From Thermoanaerobaculia bacterium (GTDB lineage: Bacteria; Acidobacteriota; Thermoanaerobaculia; Multivoradales; Multivoraceae): 64,000 bases of DNA. A program made the position numbers and the translations under genes. The stretch lies in the NCBI GenBank assembly GCA_942492505.1, contig CALOFD010000013.1:10756-74755 (forward strand). Direction: 5' to 3'. The notes under the pieces are model-generated. The model did not search any database, was not told the DNA's origin, and saw only the letters and a program-made list of their open reading frames with translations. Below, one piece after another: positions 13,170 to 21,885 of the stretch; position 1 is the first letter of the stretch; each line of letters starts with the position of its first letter.

Positions 13170-13715
13170 GTGACGAACAGAGACTCAGGATCCGACCTCT
13201 TCGAACAGGTCGTGAATATCAACCGCGTGACCAAGGTCGTCAAGGGCGGCAAGAACTTCTCGTTCACCGCCCTGGTGGTGGTCGGCGACGGCAACGGTCG
13301 CGTCGGCTACGGCCTCGGCAAGGCGAAGGAAGTTCCCGTTGCCATCCGCAAGGGAATCGAGATCGCCAAGAAGAGTCTGGTGCGGATCAAGCTCGAGGGC
13401 ACGACCATTCCCCACGAGGTCGTGGGCGTCTTCGGTGCGGGTCGCGTGATGCTTCGCCCTGCCTCCGAGGGAACGGGCGTGATCGCGGGCGGCGCCGTTC
13501 GGGCGGTGGTCGAGTCGGCGGGTATCCAGGACATCCTCACGAAGTCGCTGGGCACGAAGAATCCCCAGAACGTCATCAAGGCGACAATGGAAGGACTGAT
13601 GAGCCTTCGGACTCGCAATCAGGCGCGTCGGGTGCGCGGCCTCGCCCCGGTCCAGGACGCGGTGGTGGCAGCCGCCGGAAGCGAAGATGCGCCGGCTGAG
13701 GAGGCCACCGAATGA
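13170..13715 (+). CDS. rpsE: 30S ribosomal protein S5
   Basis: GTG start; ...[42 protein letters not shown]... Confidence 0.95.
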   Translation: MTNRDSGSDLFEQVVNINRVTKVVKGGKNFSFTALVVVGDGNGRVGYGLGKAKEVPVAIRKGIEIAKKSLVRIKLEGTTIPHEVVGVFGAGRVMLRPASEGTGVIAGGAVRAVVESAGIQDILTKSLGTKNPQNVIKATMEGLMSLRTRNQARRVRGLAPVQDAVVAAAGSEDAPAEEATE

Positions 13716-13900
13716 GCAGTGCGAAGACGCTTCGAATTCAGCAGGTGCGCTCGGTGATCGGAGGTACCCAGAAGCAGAAGGATGCCCTTCGCGGGCTCGG
13801 ACTGCGCCGCATTCGTCACACCGTCGAGCGTCAGGATGTTCCCTCGGTTCGTGGGCTCGTCGCCCAGATCCCCCATTTGGTTCGCATTGTCGAGGACTGA
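13712..13900 (+). CDS. rpmD: 50S ribosomal protein L30
   Basis: 62-aa ORF; [28 protein letters not shown]. Confidence 0.92.
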   Translation: MSSAKTLRIQQVRSVIGGTQKQKDALRGLGLRRIRHTVERQDVPSVRGLVAQIPHLVRIVED

Positions 13901-13902
13901 TC

Positions 13903-14335
13903 ATGAAATTGCACGATCTCCAGCCCCGCGAGGGCAGTCGTAAAGGCAAGAAGCGGGTCGGCCGTGGACCCGGCTCGGGACTCGGCAAGACTGCCGGCCG
14001 GGGCCACAACGGCCAGCGTTCACGTTCGGGTTACTCGCAGCGTGCGGGCTTCGAGGGCGGACAGATGCCGCTCTTCAGAAAGCTGCCGAAGCGTGGTTTC
14101 ACGAACATCTTCCGCGTCGAGTACACGACGGTCAACGTCGGGCGTCTCGGCGACGTGGGTGAGAGCCGCCAATCCCGAGACCCTGCTGGCCGCCGGCCTG
14201 ATCCACCGCGGCAAGCCGGTCAAGGTCCTCGGTGACGGCGAACTGACGAAGGCCATCGAGGTCTCGGCCCACAAATTCTCCAAGACGGCGCGCGAGAAGA
14301 TCGAAGCCGCCGGAGGCACCTGCGTAGAGCTATGA
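13903..14335 (+). CDS. rplO: 50S ribosomal protein L15, frame-disrupted as written (one extra nt near 14160-14166)
   Basis: [38 protein letters not shown]...[10 protein letters not shown] is in the frame of 13903. [28 protein letters not shown]...GGTCVEL* is in the +1 frame. 433 nt minus 1 gives 144 codons. Confidence 0.85.
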
Positions 14336-15711
14336 TCGAGAGTCTTCGCAATATCTTCGCGCTTCCGGAACTGCGTCGCCGGCTCGGCTTCACCTTCGGG
14401 CTGCTGGCCGTCTATCGGCTCGGCTGCTACATCCCGACGCCGGGCGTCGACCCCGATGCCCTGCTCGAGGTGATGAACTCACTTCAGGGCACGGTGTTCG
14501 GGTTCGTGAACACCTTCACCGGTGGCAGCCTCGAGCGTGTCGCGGTCTTCGCGCTGGGAATCATGCCGTACATCACGGCGTCGATCATCCTGCAGCTGCT
14601 GACCGTGATCGTGCCGTTCCTCGAGAAGCTGTCGAAGGAAGGCGAACTCGGTCGCAAGAAGATCACCCAGTACACCCGCTATCTGACCGTCGTCATCTCG
14701 ATCGTGCAGTCGCTGTTCATGGCGATCTTCCTCGAGAACACGCCCACGCCGGGCGGCGCCTCGCTGGTCGCCAGTCCGGGCTGGGGCTTCCGCCTGATGA
14801 CGATCCTGTCGCTGACGACCGGTTGTGCCGTCGTGATGTGGCTGGGTGAGCAGATTTCCGAACGCGGCATCGGCAACGGCATCTCGCTGGTGATCTTCGC
14901 CGGCATCGTGGTCGGCCTGCCGGGCGCGGTGGTCGGAATCGTGCAGCAGATCCAGTCGAACTCGCTCGGTATCATCTCGGCTCTCTTCCTGGGCGTCTTC
15001 ATGGTGCTGGTGGTGGCCTTCATCGTGTTCATGGAACGCGGTCAACGCCGGGTGCCGGTGCAGTACGCCAAGCGCGTGGTCGGACGCCGCGTCATGGGAG
15101 GGCAGGGCACCTACCTGCCGCTGCGATTGAACACCGCCGGCGTCATTCCGGTCATCTTCGCGAGTTCGGTCATCACGATCCCGCAGACGATCGCCAGCAT
15201 GATTCCGCACCCCTGGCTGCAGACGATCTCCGAGTACATCGCCTGGGGACAGCCGATCCACTACCTGCTCTACGTCGGCGCGATCGTCTTCTTCTGCTAC
15301 TTCTACATTTCGATCATCATGAACCCGACCGAGATCGCCGAGAACCTGCGCAAGGCCGGCGGCTTCATTCCCGGGATCCGATCGGGACGTCGGACGGCGG
15401 ACTACATCGACAAGATCATGACCCGTCTGACGCTCGTCGGTGCGGTCTATCTGGCCGCGGTGTCGGTGCTGCCCGAGTTCATGCTGGCCGGTTTCCACGT
15501 CGAGGGCATTCCCTTCATCGGAGCCCAGCTCGACGAGGCCCTGCCGGCTTTCATCACCCAGGGCATGGGGATCAACTTCCAGTTCGGCGGCACCTCGCTG
15601 CTGATCGTGGTCGGCGTCGCCATGGACACGGTCCAGCAGATCGAAAGCCAGCTCGTCATGCGCAACTACGACGGCTTCATGAAGCGCGGGAGGATCCGTG
15701 GCCGCCGGTGA
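14332..15711 (+). CDS. secY: Preprotein translocase subunit SecY
   Basis: 459-aa multi-TM ORF with canonical motifs ([15 protein letters not shown]) in the canonical position. Confidence 0.97.
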   Translation: MIESLRNIFALPELRRRLGFTFGLLAVYRLGCYIPTPGVDPDALLEVMNSLQGTVFGFVNTFTGGSLERVAVFALGIMPYITASIILQLLTVIVPFLEKLSKEGELGRKKITQYTRYLTVVISIVQSLFMAIFLENTPTPGGASLVASPGWGFRLMTILSLTTGCAVVMWLGEQISERGIGNGISLVIFAGIVVGLPGAVVGIVQQIQSNSLGIISALFLGVFMVLVVAFIVFMERGQRRVPVQYAKRVVGRRVMGGQGTYLPLRLNTAGVIPVIFASSVITIPQTIASMIPHPWLQTISEYIAWGQPIHYLLYVGAIVFFCYFYISIIMNPTEIAENLRKAGGFIPGIRSGRRTADYIDKIMTRLTLVGAVYLAAVSVLPEFMLAGFHVEGIPFIGAQLDEALPAFITQGMGINFQFGGTSLLIVVGVAMDTVQQIESQLVMRNYDGFMKRGRIRGRR

Positions 15712-16273
15712 TCTCAGGATCGTCATGCTGGGCCCGCCGGGCTCGGGCAAGGGCACCCAGGCGGCTCGCCTCGAGGCGCCCCTGGGGATTCCTGCGATCT
15801 CGACCGGCGACATGCTGCGCCTGGCGGTCGCGGAAGGCAGCCAGCTCGGCAGCCGGGTCGAGAGCGTGATGAACGCCGGCGACCTGGTGGGTGACGAACT
15901 GATGGCCGAGGTGGTGAAGGACCGTCTGGCCCAGGACGACGCTGCGAAGGGCTTCCTGTTGGACGGCTATCCTCGCACGGCCTCCCAGGTCGAGACCCTG
16001 GACGGGATCCTGGAGACTATCGGTGTGGAGCTGGACCATGTAGTCTTCATCGATGCTCCCGAAGAGGAGTTGGTGGCGCGTGCGCTGGCTCGTCAGCGCG
16101 CCGACGACACCGAAGACGTGATCCGGGAGCGGCTGCGGGTCTATCGCAGCAAGACCGAACCTCTCGTCGATGCCTATCGCCAGCGCGGTCTGTTGCGTTC
16201 GATCGCCGGCGACCAGTCGATCGACGAAGTGGGCGCGGAGATTCTGACGGCTCTCGGCGTGGATGAGGGCTGA
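15698..16273 (+). CDS. adk: Adenylate kinase
   Basis: GTG start; P-loop LGPPGSGKGTQ, LLDGYPRT. The start overlaps the secY 3' end by 14 nt. Confidence 0.93.
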   Translation: MAAGDLRIVMLGPPGSGKGTQAARLEAPLGIPAISTGDMLRLAVAEGSQLGSRVESVMNAGDLVGDELMAEVVKDRLAQDDAAKGFLLDGYPRTASQVETLDGILETIGVELDHVVFIDAPEEELVARALARQRADDTEDVIRERLRVYRSKTEPLVDAYRQRGLLRSIAGDQSIDEVGAEILTALGVDEG

Positions 16274-16312
16274 GGCGACCCCGCCTCGGCTGGAAAGGAA
16301 GTTTTCGAAGTC

Positions 16313-16537
16313 ATGACGAAGAAAGAAGAAGCGATCGAGGTCGAAGCGGTCGTCGTCGAGACTCTTCCGAATGCGACGTTCAAAGTGAAATTGGAGAACG
16401 ATCACACGGCTCTGGCGCATATTTCGGGGAAGATGAGGAAACACTTCATCCGGATTCTGCCTGGCGACAAGGTGCTCGTCGAACTCTCGCCGTACGACCC
16501 GACCCGTGGGCGAATCGTTTACCGCCTGCGCGGCTAG
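16313..16537 (+). CDS. infA: Translation initiation factor IF-1
   Basis: 74-aa ORF; [46 protein letters not shown]. Confidence 0.97.
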   Translation: MTKKEEAIEVEAVVVETLPNATFKVKLENDHTALAHISGKMRKHFIRILPGDKVLVELSPYDPTRGRIVYRLRG

Positions 16538-16552
16538 GAAGGTGACCAGGAA

Positions 16553-16666
16553 ATGAAGGTCAGACCATCAGTCAAGAAGATGTGCAAGAACTGCAAGGTC
16601 GTACGCCGCAAGGGCGTCGTGCGCGTGATCTGCGACAACCCCAAACACAAACAGCGGCAGGGATAG
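16553..16666 (+). CDS. rpmJ: 50S ribosomal protein L36 (too short for the supplied ORF track)
   Basis: My own translation gives [37 protein letters not shown] (37 aa, CxxC...C..H zinc-ribbon type). Confidence 0.93.
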   Translation: MKVRPSVKKMCKNCKVVRRKGVVRVICDNPKHKQRQG

Positions 16667-16672
16667 GGCAAA

Positions 16673-17053
16673 ATGGCAAGAATTGCAGGAGTGGATCTTC
16701 CCCCGAGGAAGCCGGTAGAGATCGGACTGACGTCGATCTACGGGATCGGACGCGCGCGTGCCAAGGTGCTGCTGGAGCAGGCCGAGGTCGATGGAGCCAC
16801 CAAGGTCAAGGACTTGACCGAGGATGAGGCCCGTCGGATTCGCGAGGTCATCACGAAGGTCGGTGGCGTCGAGGGTGACCTGCGCAAGGAGGTCACTACC
16901 CACATCCGTCGTCTGATGGAGATCGGGTGCTATCGCGGAGTCCGTCACCGTCGCGGTCTGCCGACCCGGGGCCAGCGCACCAGCACCAATGCCCGCACCC
17001 GCAAGGGACCCAAGCGCGCGACCATCGCAGGAAAGAAAAAGGCGACCAAGTAG
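16673..17053 (+). CDS. rpsM: 30S ribosomal protein S13
   Basis: [13 protein letters not shown]...[26 protein letters not shown]. Confidence 0.96.
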   Translation: MARIAGVDLPPRKPVEIGLTSIYGIGRARAKVLLEQAEVDGATKVKDLTEDEARRIREVITKVGGVEGDLRKEVTTHIRRLMEIGCYRGVRHRRGLPTRGQRTSTNARTRKGPKRATIAGKKKATK

Positions 17054-17082
17054 CCGCAGGCGCTTGAAGTCCGGAGAAGACC

Positions 17083-17475
17083 ATGGCAAAGCAAGAAACA
17101 CGAAGTGCACGCAAGAAGGAGCGTCGCGACGTTCCTCATGGCGTCGCGCACATCCAGGCGTCGTTCAACAACACCCTCATCACCATCTCGGACCCGGAAG
17201 GCAACGTCGTTGCCTGGTCGTCGGCCGGGCGCAGCGGTTTCCGGGGTTCCCGCAAGGGCACTCCCTTCGCAGCCCAGGTCGCGGCACAGAATGCCGGCCA
17301 CCAGGCCCGTGACAGCGGCGTGCGCGCCGTCGATGTGCTGGTGAAGGGTCCGGGAGGCGGACGCGAATCCGCCGTTCGCGCCCTGCAGACGGCTGGAATC
17401 ACCATCAAGTCGATTCGCGACATCACTCCGATTCCTCACAACGGTTGCCGGCCGCCGAAGAAGCGCCGCGTCTGA
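17083..17475 (+). CDS. rpsK: 30S ribosomal protein S11
   Basis: ...[30 protein letters not shown]...[16 protein letters not shown]. Confidence 0.96.
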   Translation: MAKQETRSARKKERRDVPHGVAHIQASFNNTLITISDPEGNVVAWSSAGRSGFRGSRKGTPFAAQVAAQNAGHQARDSGVRAVDVLVKGPGGGRESAVRALQTAGITIKSIRDITPIPHNGCRPPKKRRV

Positions 17476-17554
17476 TCCGCTGCTGCCGGCCGGCCCGTTG
17501 GCCCGGCTGGCGCGCGTCAAGAATTCGAACCCGAGTTCAAAGAAGGAGAGAACC

Positions 17555-18550
17555 ATGCATTGGAAGGGATTTCAGCGTCCGCAACGCGTTCAGGTGAATG
17601 CGGAGACCTTGACCGAGACCTACGGCCAGTTCACGGCCCAGCCGTTCGAGCGCGGCTTCGCGACGACCGTCGGCAACGCGCTGCGCCGCTGCCTGCTGTC
17701 TTCGATCGAGGGCGCGGCGATCACCGCGATCAAGATCGAGGGCGTGCTGCACGAGTTCTCGTCGATGGCCGGCGTGGTCGAAGACGTCACCGATATCGTG
17801 CTCAACCTCAAGCAGATCCCCATCCGCCTGCATGGTGATGGAGACCAGATCATCCGGATCGACAAGAAGGGCGCGGACATCGTGACCGCGTCAGCCTTCG
17901 AGGGCGATCCCCAGGTCGAGATCGTCGATGGCGATGCGCTGGTGGCGACCCTGACCGAGGGCGGCCACCTGCAGCTCGAGGCCCAGGTCCGCAACGGCCG
18001 TGGCTACGTCAGCGCCGACAAGAACTTCGACGAGGAACTGGGCATCGGCTGGATTCCGATGGATTCCGTCCACTCGCCCGTTCGGCGTGTGAACTACCGG
18101 GTCGAGTCGGCCCGCGTCGGACGGTCGACCGACTACGAGCGCCTGGTGCTCGACGTCTGGACCGACGGCACGGTCACCCCGGAAGACGCGGTGTCGCTGG
18201 CCTCCATGCTGCTTCGCGACCACCTGGCGATCTACATCAACCTTCCCGAGAGCATGATCGAGCAGGAGCAGGAGTCGGTTTCCGACGAGATGTCGGACCT
18301 CGACGCGCTCCTCGCCCAGGAGATCGACGAACTCGATCTGTCCGTGCGGTCGGCCAACTGCCTCAAGAATGCCAACATCAACACCCTCCGTGATCTGGTT
18401 CGCCGGACCGAGAAGGAGATGATGGAGACCAAGAACTTCGGACGCAAGTCGTTCGAGGAACTGCAGGATCTTCTCGCCCGGCTCGGCCTGGGCTTCGGCA
18501 TGGATGTGCCGGAAGACACCCCGATCCTGTCGTTCAACGCCGAGGCCTAG
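17555..18550 (+). CDS. rpoA: DNA-directed RNA polymerase subunit alpha
   Basis: ATG at 17555 follows AAGGAGAG; ...PFERGFATTVGNALRRCLLSSIEGAAITAIKIEGVLHEFS...; C-terminal-domain motif LDLSVRSANCLKNANI. Confidence 0.95.
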   Translation: MHWKGFQRPQRVQVNAETLTETYGQFTAQPFERGFATTVGNALRRCLLSSIEGAAITAIKIEGVLHEFSSMAGVVEDVTDIVLNLKQIPIRLHGDGDQIIRIDKKGADIVTASAFEGDPQVEIVDGDALVATLTEGGHLQLEAQVRNGRGYVSADKNFDEELGIGWIPMDSVHSPVRRVNYRVESARVGRSTDYERLVLDVWTDGTVTPEDAVSLASMLLRDHLAIYINLPESMIEQEQESVSDEMSDLDALLAQEIDELDLSVRSANCLKNANINTLRDLVRRTEKEMMETKNFGRKSFEELQDLLARLGLGFGMDVPEDTPILSFNAEA

Positions 18551-18577
18551 GTCGACGGCGGATAGGGAGCTAGAACC

Positions 18578-18952
18578 ATGCGTCATGCAAAGCGAGGCAG
18601 GAAACTGGGGCGGACTTCGTCCCATCGCATCGCGATGTTCCGGAATCAGCTTGCGTCCCTGGTCGATCACGGCCGGATCGTGACCACCCTCGCGAAAGCG
18701 AAGGAGTTGCGACCGGTCGCCGAGAAACTGGTGACGCGGGGCAAGGAAGACAGCGTGCACGCGCGCCGTCTGGTGCGCCGCTGGCTGCCGAACCGGGACC
18801 ACGTCACGAAACTCTTCGACGAGATCAGTCCGCGTTTCGTGGATCGCTCGGGTGGCTACACCCGCATCACGAAGCTCGGGCCGCGGCTGGGCGACAAGGC
18901 CGAAACCGCCGTCATCGAGTTCGTCGACTACGAGTCCGTGAAGACGGACTGA
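18578..18952 (+). CDS. rplQ: 50S ribosomal protein L17
   Basis: [17 protein letters not shown]...[15 protein letters not shown]. Confidence 0.95.
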   Translation: MRHAKRGRKLGRTSSHRIAMFRNQLASLVDHGRIVTTLAKAKELRPVAEKLVTRGKEDSVHARRLVRRWLPNRDHVTKLFDEISPRFVDRSGGYTRITKLGPRLGDKAETAVIEFVDYESVKTD

Positions 18953-18996
18953 ATCGGGTCTGCGAAGACTCGGGCCGCGAGGCCCGTGAAGAGAAG

Positions 18997-19024
18997 GCCG
19001 TCAGCCCTGTGGCTGGCGGCTTTT
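18997..19024 (+). terminator. Rho-independent terminator after rplQ, usable bidirectionally with the convergent EF-G paralog
   Basis: GCCGTCAGCC-ctgt-GGCTGGCGGC (10-bp stem, one G.U pair) followed by TTTT. A smaller hairpin CGGGCC-gcga-GGCCCG lies at 18971-18986. Confidence 0.6.
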
Positions 19025-19029
19025 GCCGT

Positions 19030-21120
19030 TCAGTGCTCTTCTTCTTCGTGGCGCTTGTTCGCGGCGATCACCTGTTGCTGGATGTTGGCCGGCATCTCCT
19101 CGTAGTGGGAGTAGTTCATGGTGAAGCTGGCCCGGCCCTGGGTCATCGAAGTGAGAGCGGGGGAGTAGTCGAGCATCTCGGCCATCGGCACCAGGGCCTT
19201 GATCACCTGATGGCCTCCATCGAGGGCGTCCATGCCCTGGGGTCGTCCACGGCGCTGGGAGAGATCGCTCATCACGTCTCCGGTGTACTCCTCGGAGAGC
19301 GAGATCTCCACCTGCATCATGGGTTCGAGGAGCACCGGTGCGGCCCTGGACATGGCGTCCTTGAAGGCCAGGGAGCCGGCGATCTTGAAAGCCATCTCGG
19401 ACGAATCGACGTCATGGTACTGCCCGTCCTGCAGTCGCACACGTAGATCGACGACCGGGAACGACGTCGAGTAGCCGAGTTCGGCGGCTTCGCGGATTCC
19501 CTTCTCGACGGCGGGCCGGTAGTTCTGGGGAATGGCTCCGCCGAAGATCTCGTCGATGAACTCGAATTCCTCGCCGCGCGGCAGCGGCTCGAGGCTGATT
19601 CGACAGTCCGCGAACTGACCGCGTCCGCCGCTCTGCTTCTTGTGGCGGCCGTGTCCCTGGGCCGGTCGTCGAATCGCTTCCCGGTACGGGACCTTCGGCG
19701 GATGCAGGATGACGTCGACCTTGAACCTTGAGTGCAGCTTCGCCACGGCGATCTCGACGTGGAGCTGACCGGCTCCTGACAGCAGGTATTCACCGGTCTG
19801 TTCGTCGCGGCCGGCGTGCAGGGCGATGTCCTCGTCCATCAGGCGGTGGACGGCTTCGCCGATCTTCTCGTCGTCGCCCTTCGACTTCGGTTCCACCGCG
19901 AAGGAGATCGCCGGGGTGGGAGCGACGGGGAAGGCGAGTTTCACCGGCGCCGCCTTGTCACACAGGGTGTCGCCGGTGTTCGAGATCTTGAGTTTGGCAA
20001 CGGCGACGATGTCGCCGCAGATGGCGCGGTCGACGTTCTCGCCCTGCTTGCCCTGGATGTGCAGCAGGTGGCCGACCCTCTCGGCCTCCTCGGCACGACT
20101 GTTCCAGAAGGTGCTGTCGGAGTTCAGGGTGCCGCTTACGACCCTCAACAGCGAGACGCGTCCGCTGAAGGGGTCGTTGTTGGTCTTGAAGATCAGCGCC
20201 GAAGCGGGCGCATCGGGCGACAGCTCCACTTCGGTCGCTTCGCCGGCGATATTGGTGGCCGGAAAGGGAACGCGGTCCTGGGGTGAGGGAAACAGATCGA
20301 CGAAGGCGTCGAGGACCGCTGAAGTGCCGATTCCGTGACCGGCCGCTGTGGCCATGACCGGGAAGATCTGACGCGTGGCGATGGCCTTGCGCAGCCCCTC
20401 AGCCAGTTCCTCCGAGGTCAGGGTGCCCTCCTCGAAGAACTGCTCCATCAGTTCGTCATCGCTCTCGGCGACCGCTTCGACGATCTGGCTTCGCCAATCG
20501 GCGACGGCCTCGGAGAGATCCTCGGGTACGGGGCCCTCGTCGGCCTTGCCGTTGCCGTCACGGGTGAAGGTCAGGGCCTTCTCGGAGAGCAGGTCGACGA
20601 CGCCGGAGAACTCACTCTCCTGGCCGATCGGCAGGAAGAGCGGCAGGACACCGCGTCCGAACTTCTCCCGCAGACTGAGAACGAGGGTGTCGAAGTCGGC
20701 GCGTTCGCGGTCCATTCGGGTGGCGATGAGGGCCACCGGCTGCTCCATCTCCTCGCAGGTCTTCCAGAGTCGATTCGTCGAAACCTGGATCCCCGACGAG
20801 CCGTCGATGCACAGGCCGACCGCGTCCGCCACCCGGATGCCGCTGCGGATCTCGCTCGAGAACATCGGCAGGCCGGGGCAGTCGATGATGTTGACCTTGT
20901 GGTGTCTCCAGGGAGCGTAGACCGCCGACAGGCTGATCGAGATCGACCGTGCGATCTCCTCCGGGTCGAAGTCCGTGAGGGTGTTGCCGTCTTCGACCTT
21001 GTTCAGACGGGTGGTGACCCCGGATGTGTAGAGGAGGGCACTGACGAGGGTCGTCTTGCCCGTGTCGTTGTGTCCCACGATCGCGACGTTGCGGAGTCGG
21101 TCCACCGAATCGACCTTCAT
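19030..21120 (-). CDS. Elongation factor G paralog (EF-G2-like translational GTPase)
   Basis: 696-aa ORF; G domain NVAIVGHNDTGKTTL, DCPG, TRMD. EF-G domains II-V are recognisable (GQLHVEIAV..., GGRGQFADC...) but clearly diverged from fusA at 2081. Confidence 0.9.
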   Translation of the reverse strand: MKVDSVDRLRNVAIVGHNDTGKTTLVSALLYTSGVTTRLNKVEDGNTLTDFDPEEIARSISISLSAVYAPWRHHKVNIIDCPGLPMFSSEIRSGIRVADAVGLCIDGSSGIQVSTNRLWKTCEEMEQPVALIATRMDRERADFDTLVLSLREKFGRGVLPLFLPIGQESEFSGVVDLLSEKALTFTRDGNGKADEGPVPEDLSEAVADWRSQIVEAVAESDDELMEQFFEEGTLTSEELAEGLRKAIATRQIFPVMATAAGHGIGTSAVLDAFVDLFPSPQDRVPFPATNIAGEATEVELSPDAPASALIFKTNNDPFSGRVSLLRVVSGTLNSDSTFWNSRAEEAERVGHLLHIQGKQGENVDRAICGDIVAVAKLKISNTGDTLCDKAAPVKLAFPVAPTPAISFAVEPKSKGDDEKIGEAVHRLMDEDIALHAGRDEQTGEYLLSGAGQLHVEIAVAKLHSRFKVDVILHPPKVPYREAIRRPAQGHGRHKKQSGGRGQFADCRISLEPLPRGEEFEFIDEIFGGAIPQNYRPAVEKGIREAAELGYSTSFPVVDLRVRLQDGQYHDVDSSEMAFKIAGSLAFKDAMSRAAPVLLEPMMQVEISLSEEYTGDVMSDLSQRRGRPQGMDALDGGHQVIKALVPMAEMLDYSPALTSMTQGRASFTMNYSHYEEMPANIQQQVIAANKRHEEEEH

Positions 21121-21176
21121 TGGAGCTCCCTGGAGCGTTGTTGAGAAACCCTGAGTTTATCGTAGGGGCCGGCTGA

Positions 21177-21288
21177 GGATCGCACGCGATCTCGCCGTGT
21201 CCTCGCTCATCCCCTTGTGCGACGTAGCTCCGCTACGCCTCCGCGGGTCCTCGCTGCGGTACGACGATCTCACGCACGCTTCTCAGCC
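21177..21288 (+). repeat. M1 module (about 112 nt conserved structured repeat), copy A
   Basis: About 93% identical to 25335-25446. Also homologous to the reverse complements of 25806-25911 and 43291-43406. Confidence 0.85.
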
Positions 21289-21314
21289 TAGCGTGGGCGG
21301 GCCGGCCGGGGATC

Positions 21315-21442
21315 GCGGCAACCGTTCCGATTGCGGCAACCGTTCCGATTGCGGCAACCGTTCCGATTGCGGCAACCGTTCCGGTTGCGGCAACCGTTCC
21401 GGTTGCGGCAACCGTTCCGGTTGCGGCAACCGTTCCGGTTGC
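21315..21442 (+). repeat. Tandem array, 7 x 18 bp (GCGGCAACCGTTCCGRTT); each unit forms the hairpin GCAACCG-ttc-CGGTTGC
   Basis: Counted directly: units start at 21315, 21333, 21351 (CGATT variant) and at 21369, 21387, 21405, 21423 (CGGTT variant). There are no spacers. Confidence 0.95.
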
Positions 21443-21704
21443 TTGGGAGTTCGCTTCGCGAACTCCTGCCCCAATCTCGCCGAGTGCTCGTCGAGTCCCG
21501 TGTGGGCAACGCTTCGCGTTGCGGGAACCGTTCCGGTTGCTTGGGAGTTTCGCTTCCCGAACTCCTGGCGTAGGCCCGAGCAACCCCGCGGGTTGCTTTG
21601 AAGTTGCTGCGCGGACTTCTGCCAACACGGCTCTTGGGGGGCCGTTCCTGCGATTCGGGGAGGCCGCAGCTGTAGCGGTGGCCGGCAACCCTTTGGGTTG
21701 CCGT

Positions 21705-21757
21705 CCCCATCGAGGGCTGATCGATTTCTCCCCGGGCCCCGACTGATAGCGGTGACC
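21705..21757 (-). repeat. M2 module (about 50 nt repeat), copy A
   Basis: The reverse complement GGTCACC..CAGTCGGGGCCCGGGGAGAAATCGATCAGCCCTCGATGGGG matches 42862-42907. Confidence 0.75.
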
Positions 21758-21885
21758 GTGCGGCCGTTGGGAACGCTTCGCGTTCCTTGGCAGTTGCTTC
21801 GCAACTGCGGTGTCTGGACTCGGGTGGTCTTGGAGCTTCTGGCCTTCTGGATCGGGCCGTGGATGGAGGCTGGCCTGGGGTCGCT

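Larger units (their letters stand above)
21177..21810 (+). repeat. Composite hairpin-rich intergenic repeat element, copy A (M1 module, 7 x 18-bp hairpin array, at least 8 further GC hairpins, inverted M2 module)
   Basis: Collinear with 25335-25600 (copy B). It is the reverse complement of the layout at 42862-43406 (copy C). No credible coding potential. Confidence 0.8.

Noticed and set aside
21315-21442. Possible CRISPR array (regular short repeats); the same question applies to 32380-32494
   Set aside because: The units are directly tandem (18 bp and 23 bp) with no unique spacers. There are no cas genes, and the repeat length is below the CRISPR range.
21197-21804. ORFs crossing the repeat element that encode hexapeptide repeats (GNRSDC/GNRSGC, PERLPQ etc.)
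   Set aside because: All three frames on both strands are open only because of the 18-bp periodicity and high GC. There are no start or SD context and no homologs, and the region is better explained by hairpins.
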